From positions 64,785-128,784 of the IMG/VR virus record IMGVR_UViG_3300017746_000001: a DNA stretch of 64,000 nt; one strand, written 5' to 3'. The DNA is from a virus. The translations under genes and the position numbers were made by a program. Positions 60,162-64,000 of this stretch are shown here, in pieces. The stretch's first letter is position 1. Each line of letters opens with the position of its first letter. A model generated the notes under the pieces. That model was given only the letters and a program-made list of their open reading frames with translations. It was not told the DNA's origin and made no database searches.

Positions 60162-61067
60162 ATGACAATGACAGCGTTCCTTCCGTTTGACCGTAAACCA
60201 GGCAAAAATGTTGCCTCAATGATTTGCAAATATAGCAACATGGTAAGTAAAGCAACTACTGGTGTTGACTGGATGTTTCAAGGCCCCGTTACCCGAGGCA
60301 GAGGCTCAATGCTAGTACAGTTGGTTGATTTCAGAGATTTCCTTAAGAGTTCAGAACCCGAAGTAAGAGACTGGGCTGATGATGCAGGTTGGACTGCTCC
60401 CTGGTCTATTGCGATAAGTGTCACTCACAAGAGAAGGACTGATGAAGAGTATGCTTTTTGGCATGCGTTTACCGCAGTTTTGTGGAATGCCTATAGAGAC
60501 AGTTTAGCTTCTGAGGAAATATGGCTTACTGCAGACGATGATGGATTTCCAACTACTCCTTTTTCGATTGGTGAGTTCCTACCAGACTTCAATTCTTCCG
60601 AAGCAGAAGATGTTGCACCTTCTGACGATTACGAGGAAGAAGCACCAGATCTTCTTCCGCCACCTCCTATGATGATGCAAGCACCGAAGCAAGCACCCCC
60701 TCAGCCTCGCGCACCCGAGCCTGAGCCTGAGCCCGAGCCCGAGCCCGAGCCCGAGCCTGAGCCCGAGCCCGAGAGATTACCCCCTCCACCATCAAGAACC
60801 GAGCCGGAACCAGAAATCGTTGAAGATTATGAGGATGAATTTGAAGAAGAGGATGACGATAGCAAAGGATTGGTTTTAGTCCCCGTCAATTTTGGAGATG
60901 ATGATGATGATGATTTCGATGAAGAAGATGAGGATGAAGATAACTTTGAAGAGGATGACTTCGAAGAGGATGACTTCGAAGAGGATGACTTCGAAGAGGA
61001 TGACTTCGAAGAGGATGACTTCGAGGACGAGGAAGAGGAAGACTCAGGAGCCATCACAGACTGGTGA
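60162..61067 (+). CDS. protein with Pro/Glu repeats and very acidic tail
   Basis: TTCAAACGGCAA 30 nt upstream. Confidence 0.75.
   Translation: MTMTAFLPFDRKPGKNVASMICKYSNMVSKATTGVDWMFQGPVTRGRGSMLVQLVDFRDFLKSSEPEVRDWADDAGWTAPWSIAISVTHKRRTDEEYAFWHAFTAVLWNAYRDSLASEEIWLTADDDGFPTTPFSIGEFLPDFNSSEAEDVAPSDDYEEEAPDLLPPPPMMMQAPKQAPPQPRAPEPEPEPEPEPEPEPEPEPERLPPPPSRTEPEPEIVEDYEDEFEEEDDDSKGLVLVPVNFGDDDDDDFDEEDEDEDNFEEDDFEEDDFEEDDFEEDDFEEDDFEDEEEEDSGAITDW
60714..60773. repeat. 6-bp tandem repeat encoding (PE)n
   Basis: CCYGAG units. Confidence 0.85.
60945..61025. repeat. 15-bp tandem repeat encoding (FEEDD)n
   Basis: TTCGAAGAGGATGAC units, about 5 copies. Confidence 0.85.
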
Positions 61068-61073
61068 GGCTTA

Positions 61074-61829
61074 ATGCCTGACATGCTCCCTGGACAGGTT
61101 GCCTACGGAGGAGTGCTTTGGTTACGGCACATATGGGCTTCGTGGAAAAAACATAGAGTTGGAATTTACGGAGTATGGGGTACAGGTAAAACTACCTTGA
61201 ATCGTCAGATTTCAACTAGCGGAGAGTTAGAAATAGATGAACTGGAAGATTTGAAAACAAGTACACACCACTCTTACAATCAGAAGAAAAGAAAATTCAT
61301 CTTGCCTCCGACCTCAACAAAAAGAGTAAGGATAAATGCATCTGAAACTATCGTAGCATCTCGAACACTTTCAGCAACAGATTTAGGAGGGCATGAAGAA
61401 TATTTTGATTTGTGGCTAGAAGACATGGTAACAAGAAAAGTTGAAATCATAATTTGGTTGATAGATCACAGACACCTACACAATCCCGAAGATACATCTC
61501 AACAAGAAATTTTCAACAAGTTTGTTGATGTTTTAGTGTCTGGAAATTATCCTTTCAAAACTAGAAAGTTAAGGAAAATGGCTAGAGGCTACAAACCTAA
61601 GCTACTAGCAGTAGTGGCTAACAAGGCTGATGTTTGGTTAGACGATAGTTGGGCTGCAGGAGTTCAGAAGAAACAAGTCGCTCAACATCCAATATTCAAC
61701 CCATTTACCAAGGATCTCGTTAGACTTCAAAGAAACTTGATGATTCCAACGCTAAAACGGTCTTGTTCTGCCTTGAGAAATTGGAATGTAGAGAGAGTAA
61801 TTTGGGATTTATTGCAGGCCAAGCCATAA
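61074..61829 (+). CDS. Ras/Arf-like small GTPase
   Basis: G1 GVWGTGKTT, G3 DLGG, G4 NKAD, G5 CSAL. Confidence 0.85.
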   Translation: MPDMLPGQVAYGGVLWLRHIWASWKKHRVGIYGVWGTGKTTLNRQISTSGELEIDELEDLKTSTHHSYNQKKRKFILPPTSTKRVRINASETIVASRTLSATDLGGHEEYFDLWLEDMVTRKVEIIIWLIDHRHLHNPEDTSQQEIFNKFVDVLVSGNYPFKTRKLRKMARGYKPKLLAVVANKADVWLDDSWAAGVQKKQVAQHPIFNPFTKDLVRLQRNLMIPTLKRSCSALRNWNVERVIWDLLQAKP

Positions 61830-61851
61830 ACGACAAAGACGCTTCGATAGC

Positions 61852-62571
61852 ATGATGGCTACTACATCTGTGTACTACCCTCAAGTCAACTTTGAGTTCG
61901 ATAATAACCCCGACCCAATAGCAAGAAGGAAGAACAATATATCGAGTGCGAAGAAGGTTTTGATGCCTGCAAGACAATGGGGGATACCTGGTTATCCGAA
62001 ATATAACGACCATGGAGTTTGTTGCGTTACTGGCGTTCAACTTCTTAGTTTAGGGAGTGAGGCTTACAACAAGCCACTTTTAGATCCAGATACACTTACC
62101 CCCTTAGATGATGGAGAAACGCTATATTCGCATTTCTTTTCAGATATGGCAGGACATCATAGTGCCTTTACCGCCATGATGTATGTAGATAGAGGCGCAC
62201 CACTACGGTCATCATATTGCCCTGAGCTACTACAGTTATACTGGCTATACAGCCAATGGAAGATTCAAGAGCAAGATGAGGCAGTAAATGAAAGAAGTTC
62301 CTTCTTATGGAAGAGAAGAAGAATTAAGATGATTCCAAAGCAACTAGAGGAAAATGGCAGAAATATGCCGACTATGGTCGAAGACCTAGAGCCTTTTATG
62401 AAAATTCTAGAAAAGTACGAAGGAAAGGGAGTCACTACAGGCCAATATCAAAATCCTTTAACCAGAGAAGTTGACTTTGTTCAGATAATGATAGACCTTA
62501 GAGTTGCGAGAGCCCACGATTTACCGTCATCGTTATCCGACGCAACCGTGTCGGAGGGGCGAGGACCATGA
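61852..62571 (+). CDS. hypothetical protein
   Basis: CATAAACGACAA upstream. Confidence 0.7.
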   Translation: MMATTSVYYPQVNFEFDNNPDPIARRKNNISSAKKVLMPARQWGIPGYPKYNDHGVCCVTGVQLLSLGSEAYNKPLLDPDTLTPLDDGETLYSHFFSDMAGHHSAFTAMMYVDRGAPLRSSYCPELLQLYWLYSQWKIQEQDEAVNERSSFLWKRRRIKMIPKQLEENGRNMPTMVEDLEPFMKILEKYEGKGVTTGQYQNPLTREVDFVQIMIDLRVARAHDLPSSLSDATVSEGRGP

Positions 62572-63296
62572 CTTACGGAAGCTATCAACAAACCGTTTCG
62601 CCTACACCTGCACCTGCCGCATCTGGCTATGGCATTGCTACCGCACCTGCTGTTGCTGCCCCTGCCATGCCACAAGCACCAATGGGAATGCCCCAAGGAG
62701 GAAACCCCTACCTTACCCCAGATATGTTGTATCAGCAGTTAGGTTACTTCACACCACCTACAGAAGTTGATATTGATATAGATTTACTTCATAATACAAA
62801 CGAAATGGCGACATTTTTAGCAGAAGAAGGAGGATTAAGTGTCCTGGCTTCTTTAGTTTCTGTAGTCGTAGATCATAGATTGAAGAATTTCTTCGAATCT
62901 TTTACCATTGGACTAAATGAAGCAGAGGATGGTTCAGGCCTATTCCTAAAACCACGAAGCGAGCAAGTCTCCGAAGAGGGTGCTAGAATCAAGGGTATCA
63001 CACCCACTACTGTTCAGGCTGAATTATCAGCCATGGGAATGCAACTCAAGAGAGATTTAGTCGATCCTGGTCGAAGTGTTATGAATACTCATCGACAGGC
63101 TGCTAGTTTGGCTGCAAATTCCTCGTTCTTGAGTGCTTTAGAAACGGCTGCAGGAGGAGATTCAGCAGGCGGTTCAGGAGTCTTGAGTAATGTGATGAAT
63201 TGGGGGCTTCATGTTGGAACCGGAGGCTTAGTGCCTAGAATTCAGCCTAACCCTATGACTGGCCCTAGTATGCCACCTATGCAACCCCCGATGTGA
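62568..63296 (+). CDS. hypothetical Pro/Ala/Met-rich protein
   Basis: ATGA-coupled ORF. Confidence 0.7.
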   Translation: MTYGSYQQTVSPTPAPAASGYGIATAPAVAAPAMPQAPMGMPQGGNPYLTPDMLYQQLGYFTPPTEVDIDIDLLHNTNEMATFLAEEGGLSVLASLVSVVVDHRLKNFFESFTIGLNEAEDGSGLFLKPRSEQVSEEGARIKGITPTTVQAELSAMGMQLKRDLVDPGRSVMNTHRQAASLAANSSFLSALETAAGGDSAGGSGVLSNVMNWGLHVGTGGLVPRIQPNPMTGPSMPPMQPPM

Positions 63297-63300
63297 TTAA

Positions 63301-63585
63301 ATGGTTAGAAGCGAAGATTTGTCAAGAAAATTGGCTGAATTAATGAAGCCGTCGAATCAGAACCCTGATGGTATGTCAGTGCATGGAATGGTCGAAGATT
63401 GGTTTAACCCAAAACCAATGGTTATGCGCCATGTTATCGTAATTCAGTTAATTGCTGCTTGCATAGTAGCTCTCGTATTATTGGCTACATCTGCTTCTAC
63501 ATTTAATCCAGAGCAAATGTTAGTAGCAATATTTTCTTTTCTTTTATTCATTGCATTAGCAGTTGGTTTGTTTAGTAAGATATAA
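63301..63585 (+). CDS. small membrane protein
   Basis: two hydrophobic segments. Confidence 0.7.
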   Translation: MVRSEDLSRKLAELMKPSNQNPDGMSVHGMVEDWFNPKPMVMRHVIVIQLIAACIVALVLLATSASTFNPEQMLVAIFSFLLFIALAVGLFSKI

Positions 63586-63641
63586 CAAACCGTAACGGTG
63601 TGACGGGTCGAGTTTATCCTTGATACCCCCCTGCGACTAAC

Positions 63642-64000
63642 ATGGTGAGTCGTGTCCAACATCAGACTGCTACTGTTTTGAAGGCTGCAAAAGCGTCTAA
63701 TTTAGGAAGGGCGCAGATAAAAATAAACCCACATTGCCATTGTGCATCAGGCTTGGCTGGACATTGTACTTCTAGACATTGTGGGTCTGGAAAAAGACCT
63801 ATTGGCTTAATTGTTGAGCAAAGAAAAAGAGATATTGCAACAGACACTTTCGTTTATGAACCAAAGGTTGGAAGAGAATGGGGGAGTGATCCTGCCTATG
63901 ATAGATTGAGTGTTGCCGCACTAGGTTTAGGGTCGTACATACTATTTACACACTTATACAGCACTAAACAGCCTTTGTCACAAAGAGATCAAAACAGAAT
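63642..64000 (+). CDS. partial hypothetical protein running off the window
   Basis: open frame from ATG 63642 (MVSRVQHQ...); TTTATCC 29 nt upstream. Confidence 0.6.
   Translation, partial: MVSRVQHQTATVLKAAKASNLGRAQIKINPHCHCASGLAGHCTSRHCGSGKRPIGLIVEQRKRDIATDTFVYEPKVGREWGSDPAYDRLSVAALGLGSYILFTHLYSTKQPLSQRDQNR

Noticed and set aside
63641-63650. CATGGTGAGT resembling a motif variant outside the array
   Set aside because: It is the start of a + strand ORF (ATG GTG AGT), with no credible - strand gene.

Overview
The window looks like part of a large virus or other extrachromosomal element of an archaeon; this is inferred from gene content, and no capsid, rRNA or integrase gene is recognisable. 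The flanks (1-8.6 kb, 51.3-64 kb) encode archaeal-type transcription proteins (an enlarged RNAP A''/Rpo1C, Rpo5/RpoH, a TFB-like factor), RusA, an LRAT-family protein, glycosyltransferases and a Ras-like GTPase among membrane proteins. Many flank genes have a shared TTCAAACGRC-like element about 29-30 nt before the start codon. The centre (about 8.6-50.1 kb) is a roughly 41-kb, minus-strand-only array of about 80 mostly phage-type genes, including PCNA, a TGT/DpdA-like protein, a PAPS-reductase-like protein, seven methyltransferase-like genes and an AAA ATPase. The main finding is that about 61 start codons in this array sit in a near-invariant motif, ACTGACC-ATG (CATGGTCAG on +), which usually makes up almost the whole intergenic space. 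Variants of the motif flank a tRNA-Lys, a GNRA-rich structured RNA candidate and micro-ORFs at the 5' end of the array. The array begins just downstream of a block of ~145-bp repeats. Motif counts and coordinates were read by eye, and family assignments rest on recognised motifs, not database searches.
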